From IMG/VR virus record IMGVR_UViG_3300044858_003284: a DNA stretch of 64,000 nucleotides; one strand, 5' to 3'. The notes under the pieces are model-generated. The model was given only the letters and a program-made list of their open reading frames with translations. It did no database searches and had not been told where the DNA came from. Shown piece by piece: positions 36,481 to 46,191 of this stretch; the stretch's first letter is position 1, and every line of letters begins with the position of its first letter. The position numbers and the translations under genes were made by a program. The DNA is from a virus.

Positions 36481-37656
36481 ATGTTCACAAAAGTTAAAGT
36501 AACTCAATCAATGGTCGATGCCGTAAACTCGGTAATTTCTGAAAAGAAAATGTCTGAGGCTGACTTAGACGAAACTGGTTTACGTAAAGCTGCTTATGCT
36601 GCTCACACCAAAGGCGAAAAAATGTTTTCGTTTAAAGGCAAAACATATCCTGTTAAAGTTCAAGGTGAAGATATTTCTTATGGTGAAGCCATCGAAGAAG
36701 CTGCTTCTGGTGAAGTAACTAAAACCAAAACTGGTCTGATTCACAAATCTACCAAAGCATATGGTGGTTCCAAACCAGAGAAACACGTTGTTGATACACT
36801 CAAAGGTCCAAAAACAAAAGACCTAATGAAAACGGACAAAGAAGATGCCATGAAAAATCGTGGTCGTTACGATGAAGAATTAAAAGGTGCTCAACATAAA
36901 ATTGATGCAAACAAGAACAACAAAATTGATGCTCATGATTTTGCCATTCTCCGTGGCAAAAAGAAAGTAAAAGAGTCCTTTTCGGCTCGTTTAGAAGAAA
37001 AATGGAAGTCGATGAAAGAGAAAAAAGATGTTGTTATGCCTGAAGCTATTGAAAAGTCTCCAGAGAAAAACCAAGACGTTGCTGACAAAAGTTATCTTAA
37101 AGACAAACCAGGTTCTTTTAAGAGTGACCTAAAAAACCTTGGTCGTTTTATCACAGGTAAAAAAGAAACAAATGAAGAAACGAAACAAGTTGATGAAGTT
37201 AAAAAACCAACAGGTGAATTAAAAGATGCTTGCTGGAAAGGTTATACTGCTGTTGGTATGAAAATGAAAGGTGGCCGTAAAGTTCCTAACTGTGTACCAG
37301 AAGAGGTAGAAGAATATACCGAAGATCAACTCGATGAAATGATTAATGAAGTTCTTGGTAAAGATGCAAAAGCTGGTGATTGGATTAGTGACTTTGTTCA
37401 CTCTGATAATCCAAAGTTTGCTGGTAAATCCAAAGCAAAACGTAAAGAGATGGCTCTTGCTGCTTACTATGCTAAACAACGTAAAGAAGAAGTTGAAATG
37501 GATGAAGCGACAATTGCAGGCACATCTGGTTGGAAAGAAATACCAAAGAATGTCAAAGACAAATCTGGTGCTGTTCATACACCAATGAGTCGTGCAAAAG
37601 ATTTGGCTCGTTCAGCATTTAAAAAAGTCCAAGACAGAACAAAGATTAAAAAATAG
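36481..37656 (+). CDS. Probable internal head protein (modular)
   Basis: Repeated xxDE candidate cleavage sites, CWKGY...VPNCVP and SDNPKFAGKS modules. Confidence 0.65.
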   Translation: MFTKVKVTQSMVDAVNSVISEKKMSEADLDETGLRKAAYAAHTKGEKMFSFKGKTYPVKVQGEDISYGEAIEEAASGEVTKTKTGLIHKSTKAYGGSKPEKHVVDTLKGPKTKDLMKTDKEDAMKNRGRYDEELKGAQHKIDANKNNKIDAHDFAILRGKKKVKESFSARLEEKWKSMKEKKDVVMPEAIEKSPEKNQDVADKSYLKDKPGSFKSDLKNLGRFITGKKETNEETKQVDEVKKPTGELKDACWKGYTAVGMKMKGGRKVPNCVPEEVEEYTEDQLDEMINEVLGKDAKAGDWISDFVHSDNPKFAGKSKAKRKEMALAAYYAKQRKEEVEMDEATIAGTSGWKEIPKNVKDKSGAVHTPMSRAKDLARSAFKKVQDRTKIKK

Positions 37657-37664
37657 GAATAGCT

Positions 37665-39251
37665 ATGTCTAAGAATTTAAGAGATATCGTCAAGAAAAAT
37701 CCTACACCAGCTAAACCTCGGTTTGGTGTGGATCCTTCTGATCCATGGTCTGCTAAGGCAGGAATTTATGAAGCTGGTGGTACACTCGACCAGTTTTTGT
37801 CATCTCGTGGAATCAATCCTAAATTTGTTTCTAAAGATACAAAAATATCTCATGCGAAGTCAAGTGCTTTCTTAAAATGGAAACAAGATCATACCGTTGA
37901 AGAAGTTCAATTGGATGAAGATAAGTGGTTGAATCGTTTTCTCTCATCTCGTGGTATCGATCCTAAATTTGTTACAACTGATAAAAAAGTTAGTTATTCA
38001 AAATCTGGTGAATTTGCTAAATGGTTGCGTGACCATAAACCGGATGAAAGATTACAAAAAGAAGAACAGATTGATGAAGTATCTGGCATGGGAATTCGTA
38101 GCAGCCGTTCTCATGAACCAACTCAAGCTGATCACGATACAGTTAAAAAACATTTAAAGAATTTGATGGCTATTCATTCTGATGAACCATCTGCAACACC
38201 AGCTGTTCATCGTGCCATTAAAAAAGTATCTACTGCCGGAACAACATCAACAAAAACTAGAAGCCGAGAGATGTTAAGAGCTTTGATTCAAAAACATTCT
38301 ATTCCGATTGATCAAGAGCATCGTGCTTTGTTGAATAGAGAACAAGTAGAACAAAATGAATCAACAAAACCAACATCATTACAAAAGTTTCGTAAAGCAT
38401 CTGCTGAACGTGAAAAGAAACACGCTGATATTGAAGCCAAACGCCAAGCAGATGCCAAGCAAGGCAAAGAAGATATGAAAGGTGCTATTGACCGTTTAGA
38501 AAAACATCTGAATAAAGAAGCTGCTGACACTGGAGTAAGTAAAACTAAAGAAACACAATTTCACAAGAAATTAGATACTCTTGTTCATTCTACTTTTGGT
38601 AAACGTAAAGATGAAATGAAGATGAAAGAAGAAGTTGAACAGATTGATGAAATTTCAAAATCTACACTAGCTTCATACAAAGATAAATCTACAGCAAGTC
38701 TTAAAAATGCTCAAGCCAATCGTGATGCAGCTGAACCTGGTAAACATATGTCAAAAGGATTTGCTGATTTACACGCAAAATCCGATGCGATTGCTAAGAA
38801 ACGAGTTAAAGGTCTAATGGGTTATATGCAACGCAAACAAGGCATGAAACCTACCAGTGAAGATGTATTTCACGATACTCAATCCGCAACTCAAATGCCA
38901 TTTGATGGTGCCAATAATACAAATGATACTTCAACAATGAAACGTGAAATGTCGAAATCTGCTCGTATGATTAAGTCTTTATACAAGTCCAAGAATATGA
39001 AAGAAGATATGTATGATTGGGAAAAAGACGATAAATCAACCAAAGGTTATGGTAAGAAACCAAAGATGGCCACAACTGATAAAAAAGAAAGTTATGGAGA
39101 AAACAAACCAGAAGCCTTGGCCATAATGACTGGTGGTAAGACTTTAACTGGCCAAGATAGAGATACCGTTGAAATTGATCCATCAATGAAAAAGCGTCCT
39201 AACCAACCAGATGCTGGCCCACAGGATGGTAGTAAACAAGATAGAAAATAA
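37665..39251 (+). CDS. Probable internal head protein with internal duplication
   Basis: Two FLSSRGIxPKFV...KWxxDH modules; EQIDE/VQLDE sites. Confidence 0.65.
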   Translation: MSKNLRDIVKKNPTPAKPRFGVDPSDPWSAKAGIYEAGGTLDQFLSSRGINPKFVSKDTKISHAKSSAFLKWKQDHTVEEVQLDEDKWLNRFLSSRGIDPKFVTTDKKVSYSKSGEFAKWLRDHKPDERLQKEEQIDEVSGMGIRSSRSHEPTQADHDTVKKHLKNLMAIHSDEPSATPAVHRAIKKVSTAGTTSTKTRSREMLRALIQKHSIPIDQEHRALLNREQVEQNESTKPTSLQKFRKASAEREKKHADIEAKRQADAKQGKEDMKGAIDRLEKHLNKEAADTGVSKTKETQFHKKLDTLVHSTFGKRKDEMKMKEEVEQIDEISKSTLASYKDKSTASLKNAQANRDAAEPGKHMSKGFADLHAKSDAIAKKRVKGLMGYMQRKQGMKPTSEDVFHDTQSATQMPFDGANNTNDTSTMKREMSKSARMIKSLYKSKNMKEDMYDWEKDDKSTKGYGKKPKMATTDKKESYGENKPEALAIMTGGKTLTGQDRDTVEIDPSMKKRPNQPDAGPQDGSKQDRK

Positions 39252-39290
39252 GATAAATAACTAACAACCTTCAATAATAAGGAGAAGAAG

Positions 39291-39971
39291 ATGTCCTCAT
39301 GGGGAAAATACGATAACGCAGCCAATGCACCATATTGGGCTGTCAATTCAACAATTGTGAATGCCACAAACGTAAAAGCTAACTACTCTGCTCCAACAGC
39401 AGATAACGTAGCTCGTTTGTATGCAAACACCACAGCTGATGTTTACACCGTTGGTGAAACCATTGGTCTTTTTGGTGTTGATACTAACGAAGCTTCAGTT
39501 AATGGCAAAACACATTCTGGCTGGGTTCTAAGAACAACCGGTTCAGGTGGTCGTGCAAATCGTGTGCAAGAAGAGGTTTTGGTCGCTATTTCCAACTTCA
39601 ATGAAGATGGTGAAGATGGTGTATACCAAGATGCTATCGTTACGATTGGTACAAATCCATCTGCCAACTCCGTTGTATATGGTGGTGGAAATACAGCATC
39701 GTTTACAGTTGTGGCTTCGATCACAGCAGGAAACACTGCAGCTCCATTAACATATCAATGGCAGCGTTCTGCAACACTAGGTGGATCTTATGTAAACGTT
39801 TCGAACGGCACACCAGCAAATACAACATACTCTGGTGGTACAGGCGCAACATTGACAGTTACACCAACATTTACAGATGCAAACAACAATTACTATAGAG
39901 TAACTGTTTCTGCAACAACAACAGGTGCTTCTGCAACATCTACACCAGTTAAGTTGACTGTAACGGCATAA
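39291..39971 (+). CDS. Virion structural protein with Ig-like C-terminal domain
   Basis: GATAAATA box at 39252; TYQWQ...YYRVTV Ig pattern. Confidence 0.75.
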   Translation: MSSWGKYDNAANAPYWAVNSTIVNATNVKANYSAPTADNVARLYANTTADVYTVGETIGLFGVDTNEASVNGKTHSGWVLRTTGSGGRANRVQEEVLVAISNFNEDGEDGVYQDAIVTIGTNPSANSVVYGGGNTASFTVVASITAGNTAAPLTYQWQRSATLGGSYVNVSNGTPANTTYSGGTGATLTVTPTFTDANNNYYRVTVSATTTGASATSTPVKLTVTA

Positions 39972-40453
39972 TGTTTTCTTTTAGAAGGTATGTTAGTGAG
40001 TGTGGAGATGGACCGGATATGCCGGTCATCTCCATTTCTAAAGAGAAAATTGATTTCTCTGAAGAAGAAACACGTAATGAAATAAACGATAATTTGTATC
40101 AGGCTTTAGATCCTAATTTTCTAAATCCTTATATTGCATGGAATAGAGCTTCAAAATTATTGGCATTATATGGTATTGCTTTACCTAGAATTATTTTTGA
40201 TGATATTCTAGATGGAGAAGAAGTTGTTGCAATAAACCAGTTTGGAACGAAACAAGGTGTTGATACGGATGGCGTAACAACAAATCCAGACAATGAAGTA
40301 GATTACTATTTTTATTTCAGTTATGGTATGGTCGAAGATGGCCATTATGAATGTTATGCTGTGGTTACTGATGATGCAGGCTTGGACGAATTAGTATCTG
40401 ATGACACCGAACATTTAGATCCAGAAGGCGAAAAGCAACCACCACAAGAATAA
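39971..40453 (+). CDS. Hypothetical acidic protein
   Basis: Coupled ORF, starts MFSFRRYVSE. Confidence 0.65.
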   Translation: MFSFRRYVSECGDGPDMPVISISKEKIDFSEEETRNEINDNLYQALDPNFLNPYIAWNRASKLLALYGIALPRIIFDDILDGEEVVAINQFGTKQGVDTDGVTTNPDNEVDYYFYFSYGMVEDGHYECYAVVTDDAGLDELVSDDTEHLDPEGEKQPPQE

Positions 40454-40459
40454 CACAAT

Positions 40460-40846
40460 ATGTTTGATGATTTGAATGATGAAAATTTTATGATGTATGC
40501 GATGAAGTGTTATATGACACCAAATTGTATTATGTCTGAATTCGAAAGTGATATCAAAAGAACGAAATATTTAAAAAGGTTATTTCGTAGATATAAGATC
40601 ACAAAAACCCTCAAAGAGCGGTTGATATTAAATCACATTATTTTATTGAATAATGTTTTTGGTCCAGAAGACACATCTAGAATATTATTCTATAAGATTG
40701 ATAAACGAGATTATGATATTTTGAAAACGTTTCTAATATATTTGGGTATCATGCCTGACATTGTTAGAAGTGTTAACGGAAAAAATATTATATCAGCTGA
40801 CATTCCGGTTGATTTACATATTGCACAGATATTAAGGCAAATATGA
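40460..40846 (+). CDS. Conserved T4-like hypothetical protein
   Basis: KYLKRLF, ERLILNHII.L.NVFG. Confidence 0.75.
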   Translation: MFDDLNDENFMMYAMKCYMTPNCIMSEFESDIKRTKYLKRLFRRYKITKTLKERLILNHIILLNNVFGPEDTSRILFYKIDKRDYDILKTFLIYLGIMPDIVRSVNGKNIISADIPVDLHIAQILRQI

Positions 40847-41196
40847 ATTACGATATATTAACATTTAAAGATTTTGTAAGAGTTCAAGCAGATTTGAACC
40901 ATCTAAGACATAAACTGAAAAGTCCAATGACTGATGAAGATAGAATCGAACTCTTTAATCAAATATCGGACAAAACAAAAGAAGTAATGCATCATCTCAA
41001 TACTTTACATCAAGGTCAACTTGGCGAAGGTGTTGATCTGGATGAAGATGGTGTTGCTGTTGCTGGGCCAACTAATGTTGTTGGTCGTGGTGCAATCGCT
41101 GGCACAGGTGGACCTGGTGGTGAACCAGGTGTTAATTTGAAAAAGAAAAAAACTCCGGTTCTTATGTCTATTCGGAGAAAACCAATAAAGGCATAA
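40843..41196 (+). CDS. Hypothetical protein
   Basis: PTNVVG.GAIAG..GEPGV. Confidence 0.6.
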   Translation: MNYDILTFKDFVRVQADLNHLRHKLKSPMTDEDRIELFNQISDKTKEVMHHLNTLHQGQLGEGVDLDEDGVAVAGPTNVVGRGAIAGTGGPGGEPGVNLKKKKTPVLMSIRRKPIKA

Positions 41197-41199
41197 ACA

Positions 41200-41694
41200 A
41201 TGTGGTTTTTGTCATTCATACCTGACTGGATTTTACAATGGGCAATACATGGTCTGGTTATACTTGGACTTGTATTAACATTTATAGGATCACTTGTTAA
41301 ATTTATACCTGTGATTCAACCGTATGCTTTAGTTGGTAGACAGGTCGGTATCGTATTGTTATTGATTGGTGTTTATTTTGAAGGCGGTTATGGTGTAGAA
41401 ATGTCATATCGTGCTAGAATAGCCGAAATGCAAGCAAAGATAAAAGAAGCAGAAGTTAAATCTGCTAAGCTTAATGAAAAGTTGACTGTTGAAGTTAGTA
41501 AGAATAAAGAGTTGATTAAAGAGAAGGTGAATAGGAATGCTAAAGATATTGAAGCGAAAAGGGAAGCTATTAACGCTGAGTGTAAGTTGTCTGATGATGC
41601 TTGGGTGCTCTACAACCGTGCCGTTGAGCCAAAAGTTTCCAGAAGCTCCTCAAGTGCTAATGGAGCCCGCTCCGGTTCTAAAGCCTCTAAGTAA
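41200..41694 (+). CDS. Probable i-spanin (Rz-like)
   Basis: N-terminal TMs, periplasmic coiled coil, single Cys. Confidence 0.7.
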   Translation: MWFLSFIPDWILQWAIHGLVILGLVLTFIGSLVKFIPVIQPYALVGRQVGIVLLLIGVYFEGGYGVEMSYRARIAEMQAKIKEAEVKSAKLNEKLTVEVSKNKELIKEKVNRNAKDIEAKREAINAECKLSDDAWVLYNRAVEPKVSRSSSSANGARSGSKASK

Positions 41695-41830
41695 AGATAA
41701 AAAAACATTAGCTGATATGTTAGAGAATGCTAATGAGAATTACGGATTGTATTATGAATTACAAGATAGATACAATGCGTGGCAGTTATGGTATAAACAA
41801 CAGAAACAAATATTTGATAACGTAAAATGA
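41537..41830 (+). CDS. Probable o-spanin (Rz1-like lipoprotein)
   Basis: Lipobox MLGC, Pro-rich, overlaps i-spanin 3' end, AGGA RBS. Confidence 0.72.
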   Translation: MLKILKRKGKLLTLSVSCLMMLGCSTTVPLSQKFPEAPQVLMEPAPVLKPLSKDKKTLADMLENANENYGLYYELQDRYNAWQLWYKQQKQIFDNVK

Positions 41831-42261
41831 AAAAATTATTAACCGTTTTATTAATGTTACCTTTGGTGGCATTTGCACAGAAAACTCCGCAAGGTGTAAC
41901 CTATGATGCTCAGATTGTCCGTGTAAACGATGGCGATACTGTGGTCATAGCGGCTCCCTTTTTACCGGCACCACTTAAACCCGAACTTGCCGTTAGAATA
42001 TTCGGTGTTGATACTCCAGAAAAAGGATTCAGAGCCCAATGCCCATCAGAAGATGCCAGAGGACAAGCCGCTACAGAATTCACAAAGAAAGCTGTATCCG
42101 CTTCCACTCAGCGTCAAGTTGTGTTGTATGGCTGGGATAAATTTGGTGGCCGTGTCTTGGGTGATATCATACTAAATGGTCAATCACTACGCACCATGTT
42201 AATTAAAAATGGCTTTGCCCGTGAATATTTTGGTGAAGCAAAACAAAGTTGGTGTAACTAA
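41827..42261 (+). CDS. Exported thermonuclease (SNase family)
   Basis: Signal peptide, DGDT, RIFGVDTPE, DKFGGR. Confidence 0.9.
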   Translation: MKKLLTVLLMLPLVAFAQKTPQGVTYDAQIVRVNDGDTVVIAAPFLPAPLKPELAVRIFGVDTPEKGFRAQCPSEDARGQAATEFTKKAVSASTQRQVVLYGWDKFGGRVLGDIILNGQSLRTMLIKNGFAREYFGEAKQSWCN

Positions 42262-42665
42262 TGAAAAGATTATTACCTTTATTGTTCGTTTTGTCATTAA
42301 GTGGTTGCACATTATTTGATGCCTATTTTATGGCCAAGTATGACACTAACGAATACTTCATCGTTAATGATATTAAAACGAAGGCACAGATTGCAGAAGA
42401 AAATTGTGGTAACCAATTGTTGGTTGTTACACAGGTAAATGATTTGTATATCAAAGCATTGGAGTTTAAAAACTTCACAAGTCATATACCAAGAAATAAA
42501 GATACAGATAATATGTCGACAAAATTATTGACATTAACAAAAGACACAAGAGATTATTTTAATAAAGCCGAAAAGATTTCACCAGTATTTTGTAAAGCAA
42601 AGTTGCAACAAGTTATTAAATCAGCAGATACCATTCAACATGTTTTAGGGAGTAAACCGAGATGA
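42261..42665 (+). CDS. Lipoprotein
   Basis: Lipobox LSGC. Confidence 0.75.
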   Translation: MKRLLPLLFVLSLSGCTLFDAYFMAKYDTNEYFIVNDIKTKAQIAEENCGNQLLVVTQVNDLYIKALEFKNFTSHIPRNKDTDNMSTKLLTLTKDTRDYFNKAEKISPVFCKAKLQQVIKSADTIQHVLGSKPR

Positions 42666-42868
42666 ATCCAGAACAATTAAATGCTTTGATTATAGAATAT
42701 AATAAAATGTGGGCCGAAGGTCAGATTAGCAAAGAAGAATACATTCAATTAATAGAAGGCATTAACATTATGGAAGGCATCAATGATGATGCTGAAGGCT
42801 TAGCACTTAAAGAACAATTGAACACAATGATAAACGCAGCAATCTCTGTTGCAAAAATGGCGGTATAA
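42662..42868 (+). CDS. Hypothetical protein
   Basis: Coupled ORF. Confidence 0.6.
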   Translation: MNPEQLNALIIEYNKMWAEGQISKEEYIQLIEGINIMEGINDDAEGLALKEQLNTMINAAISVAKMAV

Positions 42869-42869
42869 A

Positions 42870-43496
42870 ATGGAACTAACAAAAGACCAACTCAAACAAT
42901 TACTGCCAAAGAATCCATACATTGACCAATGGCATAATGCTCTAGCACAACTTTTGCCTGAGTATGAGATTAATACTCCTCAACGCATTGCAGCTTTCAT
43001 AGCACAATGCGCTCACGAATCGGGTAATTTTATGTTTCTCAAAGAAAATCTAAATTATCGTGCTGCAACATTACGTAAATTATTTGGTAAGTATTTTCCT
43101 ACAGATGCACTAGCAGAAGAATATGCTAACAAACCAAATAAACAAGAAGCTATCGCAAATCGTATCTATGCTAATCGTATGGGAAATGGACCAGAAGAAT
43201 CTGGTGACGGATTTAGATATTGTGGCCGTGGACTCATTCAATTGACAGGCAAAGAAAACTATTCTTGGTTCGCTGCCTCACTTGGTATTACCGTTGAAGA
43301 GGCATCTGAATATTTACAAACATTTGAAGGTGCAGCTCAATCTGCTTGTTGGTTTTGGGAAACAAACAATCTCAATCAATGGGCCGACAAAGGTGACATT
43401 CTCACATTAACAAAGCGTATCAATGGTGGCACCATTGGTCTTGAAGATAGAGTTAAACATTATGAACACGCACTTCATGTATTAGGAGTTCATTAA
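42870..43496 (+). CDS. GH19 endolysin
   Basis: FIAQCAHESG, GRGLIQLTG, RINGGTIGL. Confidence 0.92.
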   Translation: MELTKDQLKQLLPKNPYIDQWHNALAQLLPEYEINTPQRIAAFIAQCAHESGNFMFLKENLNYRAATLRKLFGKYFPTDALAEEYANKPNKQEAIANRIYANRMGNGPEESGDGFRYCGRGLIQLTGKENYSWFAASLGITVEEASEYLQTFEGAAQSACWFWETNNLNQWADKGDILTLTKRINGGTIGLEDRVKHYEHALHVLGVH

Positions 43497-43768
43497 TGAA
43501 CGATAAAAAGTTAATGAAATGGATATTGTTCATTTTGTTATTACCTTTAACATTGGCGTATTTTAGTGGTGACCGATTCCGTTATCCATGCCAAGATCCA
43601 AATAATTGGGATAAACCAATGTGCAAGTTACCATACTGTGATGTAACAAGAACTTGTCCGGAACATATTTTCAAAGGCCAAAATGATCCACGAATTGGTC
43701 CAGATGGTAATCAACCTATGTCACAAAAAACACCAGTCACGCCAGTAACAGGAGCAAATTGCAAATGA
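43496..43768 (+). CDS. Membrane-anchored Cys-rich protein
   Basis: TM then RYPCQDP.NW...C...C....CPE. Confidence 0.7.
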   Translation: MNDKKLMKWILFILLLPLTLAYFSGDRFRYPCQDPNNWDKPMCKLPYCDVTRTCPEHIFKGQNDPRIGPDGNQPMSQKTPVTPVTGANCK

Positions 43769-44283
43769 ACTTAAATATTTTTAATAAAGAAGAAAAACAA
43801 CCAGAGCAAAACTTCATGTATACCGAAGATCAGCTTATGGCTCGGTTACGGTTCTTCATTGGTATTTGTTTAGCACTTACATTGTTTGGTATTGTGTTTG
43901 TTGTATTATATTCGTTGATATTTGTAACACAACCACTCAATGCTATTTCACCGATTGACCAGAAGTTTTTTGAGTTAATTGTGCCTATCGCCACATTTCT
44001 AACCGGCACATTATCAGGTATCATGTTGGCTGGTGGTGATAAAGAGTCACAAAAGATTGCACTACAAGCAGCAACAGCGAAAACAACAGTATCGCCTGCA
44101 CCAACAACTCCATCTGCACCTTCAACAAGTTTTGGTGGTAACACATCACAATTTACAAGTTCATTTGGCGGAAATACCAATCAATTTACCGCAACACCAA
44201 CAGCTGCACCGTTTACACCATCTGTTACAACAGGATTTGGTGGTAAACCTGCACCTGTTCAACCACCACAACCGGAGTTATAA
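43765..44283 (+). CDS. Two-TM membrane protein (holin/antiholin candidate)
   Basis: Two TMs plus Pro/Thr tail, in lysis cluster. Confidence 0.55.
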   Translation: MNLNIFNKEEKQPEQNFMYTEDQLMARLRFFIGICLALTLFGIVFVVLYSLIFVTQPLNAISPIDQKFFELIVPIATFLTGTLSGIMLAGGDKESQKIALQAATAKTTVSPAPTTPSAPSTSFGGNTSQFTSSFGGNTNQFTATPTAAPFTPSVTTGFGGKPAPVQPPQPEL

Positions 44284-44286
44284 TAA

Positions 44287-44511
44287 ATGAATTGGTTAAA
44301 TAGTATGTTGTCAGATGGAACAAATGGTTCTATTAGTAGTAAAAGATTTGTGACGGTAACGGCTTTTGTCGTATGCACGTTTGCTCTTATTGCTGATATT
44401 TTTGGTTATAAAGTAACACCATCATTATTTGATTCAATGATATATTTGGTAATCGCAGGATTAGGTTTTACTGCCTCAGAAAAATTTGCTAAAAAGGAAG
44501 AACAAAAATGA
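44287..44511 (+). CDS. Small two-TM holin candidate
   Basis: SSKR then two TMs, charged C-terminus. Confidence 0.55.
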   Translation: MNWLNSMLSDGTNGSISSKRFVTVTAFVVCTFALIADIFGYKVTPSLFDSMIYLVIAGLGFTASEKFAKKEEQK

Positions 44512-44699
44512 AAAAGCTTTTAATTGCACTTAATATTGTCGCTTGGTCTTTAGTTGGTTATCAAGTTGCTCAAGCAGCTGAAACCAAAAAAGCCTGTGTG
44601 ATGCAAAAAGATCCAAAGACTGGTAAAGAAAAAGAAGTTTGCAAAGAAATTAAAGTGCATAAGAAATTAGATGGCACTAAAGTACCAGAAAAGAAATAA
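44508..44699 (+). CDS. Small exported protein
   Basis: Signal peptide, two Cys. Confidence 0.6.
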   Translation: MKKLLIALNIVAWSLVGYQVAQAAETKKACVMQKDPKTGKEKEVCKEIKVHKKLDGTKVPEKK

Positions 44700-45122
44700 A
44701 TGTCAGAGTTTGACGATACCGACATTAAAGTTGATATTGGTGTTTTAAAGACACAGGTATTGACTTTATCTGCACTTTGTAATAAAATGGACCAGGTTAT
44801 AGAGAAACTGGTAGATCAACACGACCGGCATATTGCAAAGGTATATACAGACATGGATAATCGTAGACTCGAAACGGAGGCTGATATCAAAGAAATACAT
44901 CAACGAATAGATACCGTTTTGGATAAAATGGAAAGTTCTAATAAAGAGATTATGGAAGAATTCAAATCTCTCCGTAAAGATATGAGTGACCACAACAAAA
45001 ACGAAAAAGAATCTCTCGATAAAATACTACAATGGAAATGGATGGTTGCCGGTGGTATTATTGCTGTTTCATGGTTGATTTCTAATGTAAATTTAGATAC
45101 AATAAGTAAGTTAATTAAATAA
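44700..45122 (+). CDS. Coiled-coil protein with C-terminal TM
   Basis: WKWMVAGGIIAVSWLI. Confidence 0.7.
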   Translation: MSEFDDTDIKVDIGVLKTQVLTLSALCNKMDQVIEKLVDQHDRHIAKVYTDMDNRRLETEADIKEIHQRIDTVLDKMESSNKEIMEEFKSLRKDMSDHNKNEKESLDKILQWKWMVAGGIIAVSWLISNVNLDTISKLIK

Positions 45123-45144
45123 GAATTTTTTGAAATAATATATT

Positions 45145-46155
45145 ATGAGTGTTTTCATCGACAGGACTTTCCTGTTACAACTTTCGCCAAAATTACAAAG
45201 GTTTACCAAGAAGAAGGATGACCTTTATAATTTTAGGTGTCCTCTATGTGGTGATTCTCAAAAGAATAAGCTAAAATCTCGTGGTTATGTTTATCGCAAA
45301 AAGAATGATTATTTCTTCATGTGTCATAACTGTGGAGTTAGCACCACATTCTATAACTTCCTAAAACAAGTAGACCCGAACTTACTTAAAGAGTATGCTC
45401 TTGAACGATATAAGAATGGTGAAACAGGAAATAACAATTATGAGAAACCAAAATTCGAAGAGGCAAAAACAACCAAGCCAATATTTAAAAAATCGTTGGA
45501 CCTTCCATCTATCGACTCTTTACCAGAGGCACATTTTGCTAAAGTCTATGTTCAGTCAAGACGGATTCCGGAGGCCTTTCTCTCGCAACTATACTATGCG
45601 GAAGATTTCGCAGCCTTCATACAAAGTCTTGGGATTGAGAAGGAACTCACTAAAAACGATAAGCGTCTTGTCATACCGTTCTATGATGCGGAAAAGAATC
45701 TAGTAGCCATACAAGGCAGAGCATTAGGTGAATCAAAGTTAAGATATATTACTATTAAGACACACGAAGATAACCATAAGATATTTGGACTTGATAGGAT
45801 TGACGAGGAGAAGATGATCTATGTGGTCGAAGGTCCGATTGACTCAATGTTCATTGATAATGCTGTGGCCACGGCAGATAGTAACCTAGAATCCATCACA
45901 TCTATATACGATAAGTCCAAAGTAACATTGATATTTGATAATGAACCACGTAATAAAGAAATTATTAAAAAAATTGATGATGCAATAGAAAAACATTATA
46001 ATGTAGTAATTTGGCCAGATATGATTGATTCTAAAGATATTAACGATATGGTCAAAGATGGTTTCTCACCAGACGAAATCCAAGATATCATAAGTAAAAA
46101 TACATTCGTAAATTTGAGAGCAAAAGCTGAATTTATTCGGTGGAAAAAGATTTAA
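45145..46155 (+). CDS. gp61: DNA primase
   Basis: CPLCGDS...CHNC zinc finger, EGPIDS, DNEPRN, KDIND. Confidence 0.95.
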   Translation: MSVFIDRTFLLQLSPKLQRFTKKKDDLYNFRCPLCGDSQKNKLKSRGYVYRKKNDYFFMCHNCGVSTTFYNFLKQVDPNLLKEYALERYKNGETGNNNYEKPKFEEAKTTKPIFKKSLDLPSIDSLPEAHFAKVYVQSRRIPEAFLSQLYYAEDFAAFIQSLGIEKELTKNDKRLVIPFYDAEKNLVAIQGRALGESKLRYITIKTHEDNHKIFGLDRIDEEKMIYVVEGPIDSMFIDNAVATADSNLESITSIYDKSKVTLIFDNEPRNKEIIKKIDDAIEKHYNVVIWPDMIDSKDINDMVKDGFSPDEIQDIISKNTFVNLRAKAEFIRWKKI

Positions 46156-46191
46156 GTAATTGTAGTAATAATAATAAGAGGCGAAATAAGC

